Source: a bacterium
GTDB lineage: Bacteria > Bacteroidota > Ignavibacteria > UBA10030
Direction of reading: 5' to 3'
NCBI GenBank assembly: GCA_043803945.1
Contig: JAZDJN010000061.1
Span: 64,001-128,000 of the forward strand
DNA: 64,000 bases
Shown: positions 53,259 through 62,687 of the stretch, piece by piece
Numbering within the stretch: the stretch's first letter is position 1
Layout: every line of letters starts with the position of its first letter
Translations under genes and position numbers: made by a program
The notes under the pieces: generated by a model
Database searches by the model: none
What the model was told of the DNA's origin: nothing
Seen by the model: the letters and a program-made list of their open reading frames with translations, nothing else

Positions 53259-53431
53259 TGCAGCGGGAGGCAGAGGATTCTCTTACTCCTCCGCTCCTCT
53301 CTCAGTTACTTGCTTATGTTACGATGGAACTAAGCAAGATCAGAACATGAGACAGATTTGCGGGCTGGGGCGCACTTGGCGGTCAGATTTTCTTTCAAAG
53401 AGTCTCATTTTATGTTTTTGCGTAACATGAG

Positions 53432-54421
53432 TCACTTATATTGATTCAACGCTTTCATATAATTTGCACGCTCAAACGCAGAAGGGTTCGGTACTGAAGC
53501 GGCACTCATGCTTCCCTTCATCTGTTCCACCGATTCGTACTCTTTCTCTTGCATCCATTTTTCCATCTCGAGCAGTACGGAGCGTAGATGTTTTGGTCCG
53601 TTTTTCAAAATTGCCGAACACATCATCGTGATATCCGCACCAGCCATCAACATCTTGATAACATCTTGGGCGGTATGAATTCCACTTGTGGCGGCCAGGC
53701 TCGCTTTTACCTGGCCTTTGAGTATCGCGATCCAGCGCAGCGGAAGGCGCATTGCATCCGAGGTACTCAGAACCACATTTGGTTCAACGGCAAGCGAATC
53801 AAGATTGATATCGGGCTGATAGAATCTGTTAAAGAGCACCAGTCCATTTGCCCCTGCCTTATCCAACCGGATCGCCATGTGCGCCATCGAGCTGAAGTAG
53901 GGACTGAGCTTGATTGCAACCGGAATATTCACAGACCGTTTCACTTCGTGCAATACGTTGACATAACGGTCCTCAACTTCCAGGCTTGAGAGTTTGGAAT
54001 CGGCAGCGATATAGTACACATTCAATTCTATTGCATCCGCTCCCGCTTCTTCCATTTTCTTGGCATAGGATGTCCAACCGCCGGTAGAGATTCCATTCAA
54101 GCTTCCGATCACCGGAATCTCGACCGATCGCTTCGCATCTTGAAGATGCTCGAGGTACTCTTCCGGACCGAGGTTGTATTCTTCCGTCTTCGGAAAGTAA
54201 TTGACCGCTTCCGCATAACTTTCTGTACCTTTGACAAGGTAGTGTTCGAGCTCAGCCGCTTCGTGCTCGATTTGTTCCTCAAAGAGTGAATACATGACAA
54301 TTGCCGAAGCGCCGGCATCTTCCAGCGCTTTCATGCTATCGAGTGTTTTGGAAAATGGACCGGCTGAGGGCACTAATGGATTCTTCAGCTTCAGTCCCAG
54401 GTATGTTGTGTTCAGATTCAT
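53432..54421 (-). CDS. Dihydroorotate dehydrogenase-like flavoprotein (PFOR-associated)
   Basis: TYLGLKLKNP, SLFEEQI, IKLSPYF, LFNRFYQPD and FERANY motifs. Confidence 0.88.
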   Translation of the reverse strand: MNLNTTYLGLKLKNPLVPSAGPFSKTLDSMKALEDAGASAIVMYSLFEEQIEHEAAELEHYLVKGTESYAEAVNYFPKTEEYNLGPEEYLEHLQDAKRSVEIPVIGSLNGISTGGWTSYAKKMEEAGADAIELNVYYIAADSKLSSLEVEDRYVNVLHEVKRSVNIPVAIKLSPYFSSMAHMAIRLDKAGANGLVLFNRFYQPDINLDSLAVEPNVVLSTSDAMRLPLRWIAILKGQVKASLAATSGIHTAQDVIKMLMAGADITMMCSAILKNGPKHLRSVLLEMEKWMQEKEYESVEQMKGSMSAASVPNPSAFERANYMKALNQYK

Positions 54422-54473
54422 ATGGTCACTATCCTTTTATTAGATCGTCAAGACAATGGTTCATCGAACTCCG

Positions 54474-57400
54474 TTACACTGCTTCAGCTTTTTCTTCAGG
54501 CTTGGCACCGCCATCAGAGCCTTTCGCGAGCTGTTCATACATCTCCCACCGTACCTTCACATCATTCTGTGCCAGGACGAGGAGCTCTTTGGCACGCTCG
54601 GGATAGATCTTGGCGAGCATATTGAATCGTGTTTCGATTCCCATAAAGTCCTGCAGTGCTGCCTTTGGCGGTTTGCAATCGAGCTTGAATGGATTTTTCC
54701 CTTCCTTCAGTAATGCAGGATTGTAGCGGAAGATCGGGAAGTATCCGGTTTCCACGGCAAGTTTTTGATTCACCATACCGCGTCCCATATCGATACCATG
54801 GGCAATGCAATGGCTATAAGCGATGATGATGGAAGGACCGGGCCATGCTTCTGCCTCGAGAAATGCCTTGATGGTTTGGGCATCATTGGCACCCATCGCG
54901 ACCCGTGCAACATAGACGTTGCCGTACGCGACAGCCATCATCGAGAGATCTTTTTTCTGTGTCGACTTCCCTGCCGCAGCAAATTTTGCAATCGCAGCAC
55001 GTGCAGTGGCTTTCGACATCTGACCGCCGGTATTAGAATACACTTCCGTATCGAGCACGAGAATATTGACATCGCGGCCCGATGCGATCACATGATCCAA
55101 TCCGCCGTAGCCAATGTCGTAAGCCCAGCCGTCACCGCCCATAATCCAGATACTTCGCTTCACAAGATTATCGGCCAGGCTGAGAAGGCTTTTTGCTTCC
55201 GGAGAATTCATCGCGCCAACCTTTTCCTTCAATTGCTGGACACGCAGACGCTGTTCATAGATACCAGCTTCATCGCTTTGTTTGGCCACAATGATCTGTT
55301 CGGCAAGTTCGGTACCGATCTCCGCTGAGAGTTTCGCAACCAGTTCGATTGCCATCTCAGTATGCTTGTCCACAGTAAGGCGCATGCCCAAACCGAACTC
55401 CGCGTTATCCTCAAAGAGTGAGTTCGACCATGCCGGTCCCCGTCCATCCTTATTCTTCGACCACGGCGTCGTTGGCAGGTTGCCACCATAGATGGAGGAA
55501 CAACCCGTTGCATTAGCCACGATAGCGCGATCGCCAAATAATTGACTGACGAGTTTAACATACGGAGTCTCGCCGCAGCCGGAGCATGCACCGGAGAATT
55601 CAAACAGCGGTTGCAGGAACTGGCTGCCTTTCACGGTGTCGACTTTTACCTTACGCCGATCGACATCGGGGATATTGAGGAAGAAGTTAAAATTCTCTCG
55701 CTCCTGTTCGCGGATCGGAGGCTGCGGTGTCATGTTGATCGCTTTCACCTTGACTTCCTTCTTGCTCTTCGCCGGACAAACATCGACACAGAGTTCGCAG
55801 CCGGTACAATCTTCAGGCGCGACCTGGATCGTATACTTCATTCCCTTGTACTCATTTCCCTTGAAGTCCATTGACTTGAATGCGGAGGGAGCAGAATTCA
55901 ATGTCGCCAGCTCGTACACTTTGGCACGGATGGCAGCATGGGGACAGACCAGAACGCACTTATTGCATTGAATACAGATATCGGGCACCCAGGACGGAAT
56001 GTCCAGCGCAATATTTCGTTTCTCAAATGCTGTAGTTCCCGTCGGGAAGGTACCATCAACCGGGAATGCACTTACCGGTAATGCATCGCCTGCACCGGAA
56101 ATGATTGTTGCTATAACATGCTCGATAAATTCTGGAGCTTTTCCCCAGATTGCCGGTACCTTCTCAATAGTACCGGTTGCTTCCGCCGGAACCTTGACTT
56201 CAAACATGTTGGCAAGTGTAGCGTCGACCGCTGCGAAGTTCTTCTTCACAATCTCTTCGCCTTTTCGCCCATAGGTCTTCTTGATGGAACGTTTGATGGC
56301 TTCAATTGCCTCGTCACGGGGAAGCACACCGGAAATGGCAAAGAAGCAGGTCTGCATGATGGTATTGACCCTGCCGCCCATACCGGTTTGCTGTGCTACC
56401 TTATAGCCGTCGATGACATAAAATTTTAACTGCTTGCTGACAATTTCATTCTGAATGTGGCGCGGCAGTTTGTCCCACACTTCCTCCGGTCCAGACAAAC
56501 TATTCAACAGGAATGTACCACCCTTCTTAATCGTCTCGAGAACATTCATCTTCTCGAGGAAAACCCATTGATGGCATGCGACAAAACTTGCTTTCGAAAT
56601 CAGGTAGGTGGAGTGAATGGGGCGCGGGCCGAAACGAAGATGCGAAGTTGTCATTGTGCCCGACTTCTTCGAGTCGTACACAAAATATCCCTGTGCATAG
56701 TTCTCGGTATCCTCACCGATAATCTTGATGGAGTTTTTATTCGCTCCCACCGTTCCATCGGCACCAAGGCCGTAGAAGACGGCCCGGATCACATCGTCCG
56801 GTTCGACGGAGAAATCGGGATCAAACGGCAGACTCGAGTGGGTAACATCGTCTTCGATTCCGACAACAAAATGATTTTTAGGTTTCTCCTTCTTCATTTC
56901 ATCGAACACCGCTTTGACCATTGCGGGAGTAAATTCCTTTGAGGAGAGTCCATAGCGGCCGCCAATCACCTTCGGGAATGATTTTAACGGACACGATCCC
57001 GCACCGAATGATTCTGTTAGAGCGGTAATGATATCGAGGTAGAGCGGATCGCCTGCTGCTCCCGGTTCCTTTGTCCGATCGAGCACGGCGATATTTTTCA
57101 CTGTTACAGGCAGAGCATTTACAAACGCTTCAATGGAGAATGGCCGGTACAAACGAACTTTGAGCAGGCCAATTTTCTCTCCCTGTTTCGAGAGATAGTC
57201 AACGGTTTCAATCGCTGCTTCAGCACCGGAACCCATGATGATGATAACGCGTTCAGCATCCGGAGCGCCATAGTAATCGAATAAGTGATATTGGCGTCCG
57301 ACAATCTTCGCGAACCTATTCATTGTCGCCTGGACAATACCTGGCGTGGCATCATAGAATGGATTCATGGTCTCGCGAGCTTGGAAGAAGACATCAGGAT

Positions 57401-58094
57401 TTTGTGCCGTTCCGCGAAGCACGGGCCGCTCCGGTGTGAGCGCACGCTCACGGTGTTTCCGTACCAAATCATCGTCAATCATTGCCCGCAGATCTTCATC
57501 GGCTAATTGCTCGATCTTCATCACTTCGTGCGATGAACGGAATCCATCAAAGAAATGGAGAAACGGGACGCGTGCTTCCAATGTCGCTGCTGTCGATATC
57601 AAAGTAAAATCCATGACCTCCTGCACCGAACAGGAACTCAACATCGCCCAGCCTGTCGAACGGGTTGACATCACGTCACTGTGATCTCCAAAGATGGAGA
57701 GCGCGTGAGTGGCTACCGTCCGTGCTGCGATGTGGAAGACCGTCGAGGTGAGCTCACCGGCGATCTTGAACATGTTCGGGATCATCAACAACAATCCCTG
57801 TGATGCCGTGAATGTGGTTGAGAGAGCACCGGTTTGCAGTGCACCATGCACGGCGCCCGCAGCACCTCCTTCACTCTGCATCTCAACCACCAGCGGAATG
57901 GTGCCCCATAAATTCTTTCTTCCCTGGGCCGACCACTCATCTGCCCATTCTCCCATGTTTGATGAAGGAGTAATGGGGTAAATTGCAATGACCTCACTAA
58001 GCTTATGTGCAACATAGGCAGCAGCTTCATTACCATCAATGGTAACATGCTTGCGCTGCACTGTTGTTTTGGTTGTGGATGGTAAATTTTCCAT
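54474..58094 (-). CDS. nifJ: Pyruvate:ferredoxin/flavodoxin oxidoreductase (single-chain)
   Basis: IYPITPSS, QSEGGAAG, GLGADGTVG, two ferredoxin motifs, GDGWAYDIG and DTEVYSNTGGQ. Confidence 0.97.
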   Translation of the reverse strand: MENLPSTTKTTVQRKHVTIDGNEAAAYVAHKLSEVIAIYPITPSSNMGEWADEWSAQGRKNLWGTIPLVVEMQSEGGAAGAVHGALQTGALSTTFTASQGLLLMIPNMFKIAGELTSTVFHIAARTVATHALSIFGDHSDVMSTRSTGWAMLSSCSVQEVMDFTLISTAATLEARVPFLHFFDGFRSSHEVMKIEQLADEDLRAMIDDDLVRKHRERALTPERPVLRGTAQNPDVFFQARETMNPFYDATPGIVQATMNRFAKIVGRQYHLFDYYGAPDAERVIIIMGSGAEAAIETVDYLSKQGEKIGLLKVRLYRPFSIEAFVNALPVTVKNIAVLDRTKEPGAAGDPLYLDIITALTESFGAGSCPLKSFPKVIGGRYGLSSKEFTPAMVKAVFDEMKKEKPKNHFVVGIEDDVTHSSLPFDPDFSVEPDDVIRAVFYGLGADGTVGANKNSIKIIGEDTENYAQGYFVYDSKKSGTMTTSHLRFGPRPIHSTYLISKASFVACHQWVFLEKMNVLETIKKGGTFLLNSLSGPEEVWDKLPRHIQNEIVSKQLKFYVIDGYKVAQQTGMGGRVNTIMQTCFFAISGVLPRDEAIEAIKRSIKKTYGRKGEEIVKKNFAAVDATLANMFEVKVPAEATGTIEKVPAIWGKAPEFIEHVIATIISGAGDALPVSAFPVDGTFPTGTTAFEKRNIALDIPSWVPDICIQCNKCVLVCPHAAIRAKVYELATLNSAPSAFKSMDFKGNEYKGMKYTIQVAPEDCTGCELCVDVCPAKSKKEVKVKAINMTPQPPIREQERENFNFFLNIPDVDRRKVKVDTVKGSQFLQPLFEFSGACSGCGETPYVKLVSQLFGDRAIVANATGCSSIYGGNLPTTPWSKNKDGRGPAWSNSLFEDNAEFGLGMRLTVDKHTEMAIELVAKLSAEIGTELAEQIIVAKQSDEAGIYEQRLRVQQLKEKVGAMNSPEAKSLLSLADNLVKRSIWIMGGDGWAYDIGYGGLDHVIASGRDVNILVLDTEVYSNTGGQMSKATARAAIAKFAAAGKSTQKKDLSMMAVAYGNVYVARVAMGANDAQTIKAFLEAEAWPGPSIIIAYSHCIAHGIDMGRGMVNQKLAVETGYFPIFRYNPALLKEGKNPFKLDCKPPKAALQDFMGIETRFNMLAKIYPERAKELLVLAQNDVKVRWEMYEQLAKGSDGGAKPEEKAEAV

Positions 58095-58260
58095 TGTCTG
58101 TTCTTACCTCTTGATATGTCTGACGTCGTTATTAGTATCGCACTATTCTAATCGAATGTTGCAAAGAAACGAACCAAGATTCAATGGTTTTTTCTTTGAA
58201 TACGAAAATTATTTTCTCGTCGAAAATCCGGATGTTTCAGTAATGAGAATGAAGCCCTCC

Positions 58261-59220
58261 TTAAGCATAGATTTGCGAAGAGAGTTCCTTCGCCCGAAAG
58301 AATTGCTGCCCTTCAAACCAAAAGGCAATAATCTTTCCGCTGCTTTCCAATTCTTGAAGCAATCTCGCCAAGGTGCCCTGCGGTAAGTGGAGGGCTGATG
58401 CCATTCCCTCAACCGTCATGGCACGCATCTGAAGCAGCCGGATTGCGGCATCCTCACCAATATCGCTCTGCTGGGGATCACACTTTCTTGAATAATGCCC
58501 GATGATCTCACATCGCCCGCCGAGGAATGAGTTGATTTCCTGCAAGCGTTTCTCATCCACAGGTTCGGCGGAAGAATCGGCCGGAGGGCGCACGACAGTG
58601 TTCAATTGAATTTTGTGAGGATTCAGCCTCTCTATGACAGCCTTTAATTGTTGTATCTCGGTATCAGTGTCATTAATTCCTTTGGCAAAAAGAATTTCCA
58701 GCCACAATTGGCCTTTATACTGCTTGCGAAAGGCAACCATACCATCTATCATTTGAGAGAGTGAAAGCTTTGGGTGCGGTCGATTGATTTTTAAAAAAAC
58801 CTCCTCGGTGGCAGCATCCAACGATGGAATAACAACATCCGCCTGTTTGAGATCTTCACGGACGTCTGGAAGATGGAGTAACGTGCCATTCGTAATAACA
58901 CAGACCGGTATACCTGTCTTCTTCTTAAGTGTGTCAATCATAACTCCGAGCCCCGAATGCAGCGTCGGTTCTCCCGAACCCGAAAAGGTGAGATAATCAA
59001 TTGTTCCCAGAGTTTGCAGAGCATCGAACACTTCAGCCAGCACCTCGTCTGTCGGATAATATTCTTTCCTGAGAAGAGTTTTCTTGTCTGTCTCTCCAAC
59101 CTCACAATAGATACAATCAAGCGTGCAAGTCTTGAATGGGATGATATCGACACCTAGCGAGAGCCCCAATCGGCGTGAAGGGACAGGACCAAAGATATGC
59201 TTAGAGTGTCGATTCATCAC
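58261..59220 (-). CDS. Radical SAM Fe-S oxidoreductase (TYW1-like)
   Basis: FGPVPSRRLG, CTLDCIYC and SGSGEPTL motifs. Confidence 0.88.
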   Translation of the reverse strand: MMNRHSKHIFGPVPSRRLGLSLGVDIIPFKTCTLDCIYCEVGETDKKTLLRKEYYPTDEVLAEVFDALQTLGTIDYLTFSGSGEPTLHSGLGVMIDTLKKKTGIPVCVITNGTLLHLPDVREDLKQADVVIPSLDAATEEVFLKINRPHPKLSLSQMIDGMVAFRKQYKGQLWLEILFAKGINDTDTEIQQLKAVIERLNPHKIQLNTVVRPPADSSAEPVDEKRLQEINSFLGGRCEIIGHYSRKCDPQQSDIGEDAAIRLLQMRAMTVEGMASALHLPQGTLARLLQELESSGKIIAFWFEGQQFFRAKELSSQIYA

Positions 59221-59294
59221 AATTCAATTTGCTGGTTACTGTTGGATGGGAAAGAAGGAGATTGGGTGGATAAGGAGAGAAGACCATACACTGC

Positions 59295-59744
59295 TTAAAG
59301 TCTTTCTCCACCCGATGATGGGTTAACGAGAACATTTTCGACGACCTGTCGGATAAGCTCTACATTAATCGGTTTATAAAAGACATACTTACTGAGTTTC
59401 TCGATTGCGAGTTCGACATCCGGCTTGGCTTGTGAATAGCCGCGAAGGATGACCATTGGAACCACGGAAAGAGATTCTTTCAGTACAGTCACCTGCCGGA
59501 GAATATCACTTGAAAATGAATAGAGGTCGATGAGAAGAAGCTGGGGATTTGCTTCATGGATGCGTGCAGAGAGTTTCTCTAATTTTGTTTCGCATTCAAC
59601 TTCGTAACGATCTTCGAGCAGCATTTGAAGGCTTTGTGCGAGCATAGGATCAGGGCTAAAGATCAGTACTTTCTTTCGTTCGATCTTCTGACTTATTTGC
59701 ACCTGTTGGCCCATTATTTGAGTTTGATTGGCAGGTTGAATCAT
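59295..59744 (-). CDS. Single-domain response-regulator-like (atypical receiver) protein
   Basis: KVLIFSPD, LLLIDL and YKP motifs. Start set at MIQP with a GGAG RBS. Confidence 0.7.
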   Translation of the reverse strand: MIQPANQTQIMGQQVQISQKIERKKVLIFSPDPMLAQSLQMLLEDRYEVECETKLEKLSARIHEANPQLLLIDLYSFSSDILRQVTVLKESLSVVPMVILRGYSQAKPDVELAIEKLSKYVFYKPINVELIRQVVENVLVNPSSGGERL

Positions 59745-59773
59745 AGCACTATGCTTCTCCTGCCTAAAAACCT

Positions 59774-59788
59774 TCAAGATTTATGCCA
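59774..59788 (-). promoter_or_regulatory. Sigma-54-like promoter
   Basis: TGGCAT-AAATC-TTGA, 30 bp upstream of the receiver gene. Confidence 0.6.
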
Positions 59789-60025
59789 AATGTGAATAGA
59801 GGCAAAAAAACCGCCGCAAGGGACTATTTCGACTTGTTGAGTTTGATTTTATAAGCTGAATTCTCAGTTTCCGATAACTGTTTTCCCATTTCTCAAAAAG
59901 CGTAATCACCTAAGCCAATGAAGGGCTCATTGCATTTTTCTTGGATATTCCTTCAACAATTGAGTTAATTTTCAACAGTTGGATTAGAGCGTTTGTTACA
60001 ATGAGAGATTTGTATTTCAGGACTC

Positions 60026-60063
60026 AAAAAAAAGCGCGGAGCAGATATTCGCTCCACGCTTTC
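60026..60063 (-). terminator. Intrinsic terminator
   Basis: aaagcgcggagc...gctccacgcttt stem plus T8 on the minus strand. Confidence 0.75.
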
Positions 60064-60086
60064 TATTGAACAACAATCAGAAGATA

Positions 60087-62267
60087 TTATTTCATTAATG
60101 TCATCTTCTTTGCAGCAACAAAATCGCCAGCTTCAATGCGATAGATATACACACCGCTGGAGACTGTCTTGCCATCATCGGTCCTGCCATTCCACATTGC
60201 ACGATGGTTACCGGCAGACATTTCCTGATTCACCAATGTCGCAACGACCCGGCCCATAATATCATAGACCACGAGCTTCATCTTGGCTGCTTTTGGCAGA
60301 GCAAAGCGGATCTCGGTCGTTGGATTGAATGGATTTGGATAGTTCTGGCTTAACTCATAGACCTGAGGAATTGGCATTGGGTCCATTTGAGTATTTGTCA
60401 CAACGCCGAATGAAGCACGAAGCAGAGCAACAGCATACTTCGGATTATGAACTCCCCCGCTCATATCATACTTCACGTAATTGTAATTAAATACCGCAGC
60501 CAGCATCGTTGCATAATTGAGTTTCTTTGTACTGGCCCAATTTTTTGCTGCAATTGAATCGACAGCATTTGCTCCAATGACCTCTCCTGCAGCGTCGACC
60601 GGTAAATTGGCTTTTAACTTTTTCATCAAGCCATTGATTTCAGTCATGGATCCATCGATCTTGCCATTTCCATCATAATCATACATGGCTTTGATATCAT
60701 CAAATTTTGTAATAGGACCATGGCATTCAACACATCCTTCAACCTTTTCAACACCGTTCTCGACCATTCCCATGGCGTGGTCACCCTGCAGCTTCGTATA
60801 GGTCGGAGTTACCTTTCGTTCCGACATATGACATGCCACACATCCATCCTTCACGTTGCCATGTGTTGATACGCCTTCCAATCCCATACCAAAATCCCAT
60901 CCCTGAGTTCCCATGATCATGTCAGCCTGAGAACTGTAGTGAGGATAAAATCGTGCACTGAATCGGCCGGCTTGATTTTTCACAGTCGTAGCGTAGTTCG
61001 CCCTGCCACGATGACAGTTCATGCAGAGTTGACCCTTACCCCCTTTTCCAGAAGGAATTTTGAACCCATTTGCGAGTGTGTCAATCTTCATATATCGCAA
61101 GAGGTACGGATTTGAATTTCCGTGACCATCATGACAGACTGCGCATGAGATAGACTTGAAATTCGGATCTACTTTTGCAGAATCAGCTGTCGTTGTTGCG
61201 CGTCCGGCTGACCAGGCAGACGTAAATGAGATAAATGCAGAGCCATTGTGACAAGGCCAGCATCCCGATCGATTCGATTCACCAGCGCTCAGCCGCATAT
61301 TCGAGTGAGCAGATTCTCTCCAATAATATCCTATGCTGTGTGAACGTGGCGAATCGTGACATTGATTGCACACACCAGCATCCGCACTTACACTAATAGC
61401 CGATTTACTGCCATTCGTTGCATGGTTCGCAGCGGGGCCGTGGCAAGTCTCGCAACCGATTGATCCTGTTGCTATTAATGCAGGTGAGAGCATTTTATAA
61501 ACTGTTGAATCCTTATATCCAATCAAGTAATCTCCACCCGCCAACGGCAGTCCCTTCCACCATGTAGAATCAAATGATGCGGGCTGACCCTGATTGGCGA
61601 TCCAGCCAAAATTGCCATTATTGGTCTTTGACTCCCAGCCTGTTGTATGACATTTGAAGCAGCTCTTTGTATAGACACCCTTATATCCGGTGCCTTCGCT
61701 ATTCTCTAATTGTCCTGTCATTCCACGCGCAAAGATGGTTGCATGCACAGAGGATTTCCATGTAGTGACATTTGCCTGAAATGCTGGAACAGCGAAAGTG
61801 TGGCATCCGCACGAAGCTTGTGTGGAGGTAAAGCCAGCATAGGTACTGGCAAAAAGAGTATCGTTGTGGGTTTTTATTCCGTTTGCACTTACCTGGACGA
61901 TATAGCGTCCTGCAAGATCAGGTTTGAATGTAACGGAGTCTTTGGTAGTGCTGCTGAAAGAAACGTTTGATCCAGGTGGTTTCTCTACAAATGTCCAGGC
62001 CAAAGTCGTTACCTTTGTGGCTCCGGAACCAACCGTATCAGCTTTCAGGTACATTAACATTCCAACAGGTATCGTTCGCAGGCCTGTAGAAACATAGTTT
62101 GGAGTACCGGCAGGCGGAGATGAAAAATTAGGATATCCTGAGCTTCTCATTCCAGGAGACATCGCCACCCTCTTCACTGCGACAGCCTGTGCATATGCTT
62201 CTACCATCATTCCGGTAAGAAGCAATACGACAAGTAAAAAACTCAAAACTCGAATCGCTCGTTTCAT
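60087..62267 (-). CDS. Multiheme cytochrome c (8 CxxCH plus one CxCH) with C-terminal T9SS sorting domain
   Basis: Sec signal, PKD/Ig-like N-terminal domain, motifs CFKCH, CETCH, CNQCH, CWPCH, CAVCH, CMNCH, CVACH and CVECH, DMSGGVHNP, and C-terminus LSQNYPNPFNP...GVYIYRIEAG..KKMTLMK. Confidence 0.88.
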   Translation of the reverse strand: MKRAIRVLSFLLVVLLLTGMMVEAYAQAVAVKRVAMSPGMRSSGYPNFSSPPAGTPNYVSTGLRTIPVGMLMYLKADTVGSGATKVTTLAWTFVEKPPGSNVSFSSTTKDSVTFKPDLAGRYIVQVSANGIKTHNDTLFASTYAGFTSTQASCGCHTFAVPAFQANVTTWKSSVHATIFARGMTGQLENSEGTGYKGVYTKSCFKCHTTGWESKTNNGNFGWIANQGQPASFDSTWWKGLPLAGGDYLIGYKDSTVYKMLSPALIATGSIGCETCHGPAANHATNGSKSAISVSADAGVCNQCHDSPRSHSIGYYWRESAHSNMRLSAGESNRSGCWPCHNGSAFISFTSAWSAGRATTTADSAKVDPNFKSISCAVCHDGHGNSNPYLLRYMKIDTLANGFKIPSGKGGKGQLCMNCHRGRANYATTVKNQAGRFSARFYPHYSSQADMIMGTQGWDFGMGLEGVSTHGNVKDGCVACHMSERKVTPTYTKLQGDHAMGMVENGVEKVEGCVECHGPITKFDDIKAMYDYDGNGKIDGSMTEINGLMKKLKANLPVDAAGEVIGANAVDSIAAKNWASTKKLNYATMLAAVFNYNYVKYDMSGGVHNPKYAVALLRASFGVVTNTQMDPMPIPQVYELSQNYPNPFNPTTEIRFALPKAAKMKLVVYDIMGRVVATLVNQEMSAGNHRAMWNGRTDDGKTVSSGVYIYRIEAGDFVAAKKMTLMK

Positions 62268-62381
62268 GAGCACCTCTTTGTTTGTGTTGATGGGAAAATA
62301 TTTTTTTTGCAACCTCTCGAATCCGTCCAATCGAAGCGCTGATGTGATAGATTGAACGGTATCTGATAATCAACAAAAAAC

Positions 62382-62396
62382 TCAATAATTGTACCA
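62382..62396 (-). promoter_or_regulatory. Sigma-54-like promoter
   Basis: TGGTAC-AATTA-TTGA, 115 bp upstream of the cytochrome start. Confidence 0.6.
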
Positions 62397-62630
62397 ATTA
62401 AAGGATGGGAGAGAATGTTGAAATTGAGGTGAAAATCAAGGATTTATTGTTGAGTTAGTATTAAGAATTCTTATTTTTCGAGAAAACAGTTCACCTTTCT
62501 CTTACCTCTGCAATACCAATAATGAGAATATCCCATAATAGTGCGGATAATTAATGAATCATCATTTCTGAGTGAGTAGATATTCTATAGAAATGAAGAA
62601 TAACTATTTCAACTACTGCCTATTGAAAAT

Positions 62631-62666
62631 AAAAAAGCGTGAAGCGAAAATCTCACTCCACGCTTT
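62631..62666 (-). terminator. Intrinsic terminator homologous to that at 60026
   Basis: aaagcgtgaag...ctccacgcttt stem plus T-tract. Confidence 0.7.
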
Positions 62667-62687
62667 GAAAATACTAGACAGAACTGC

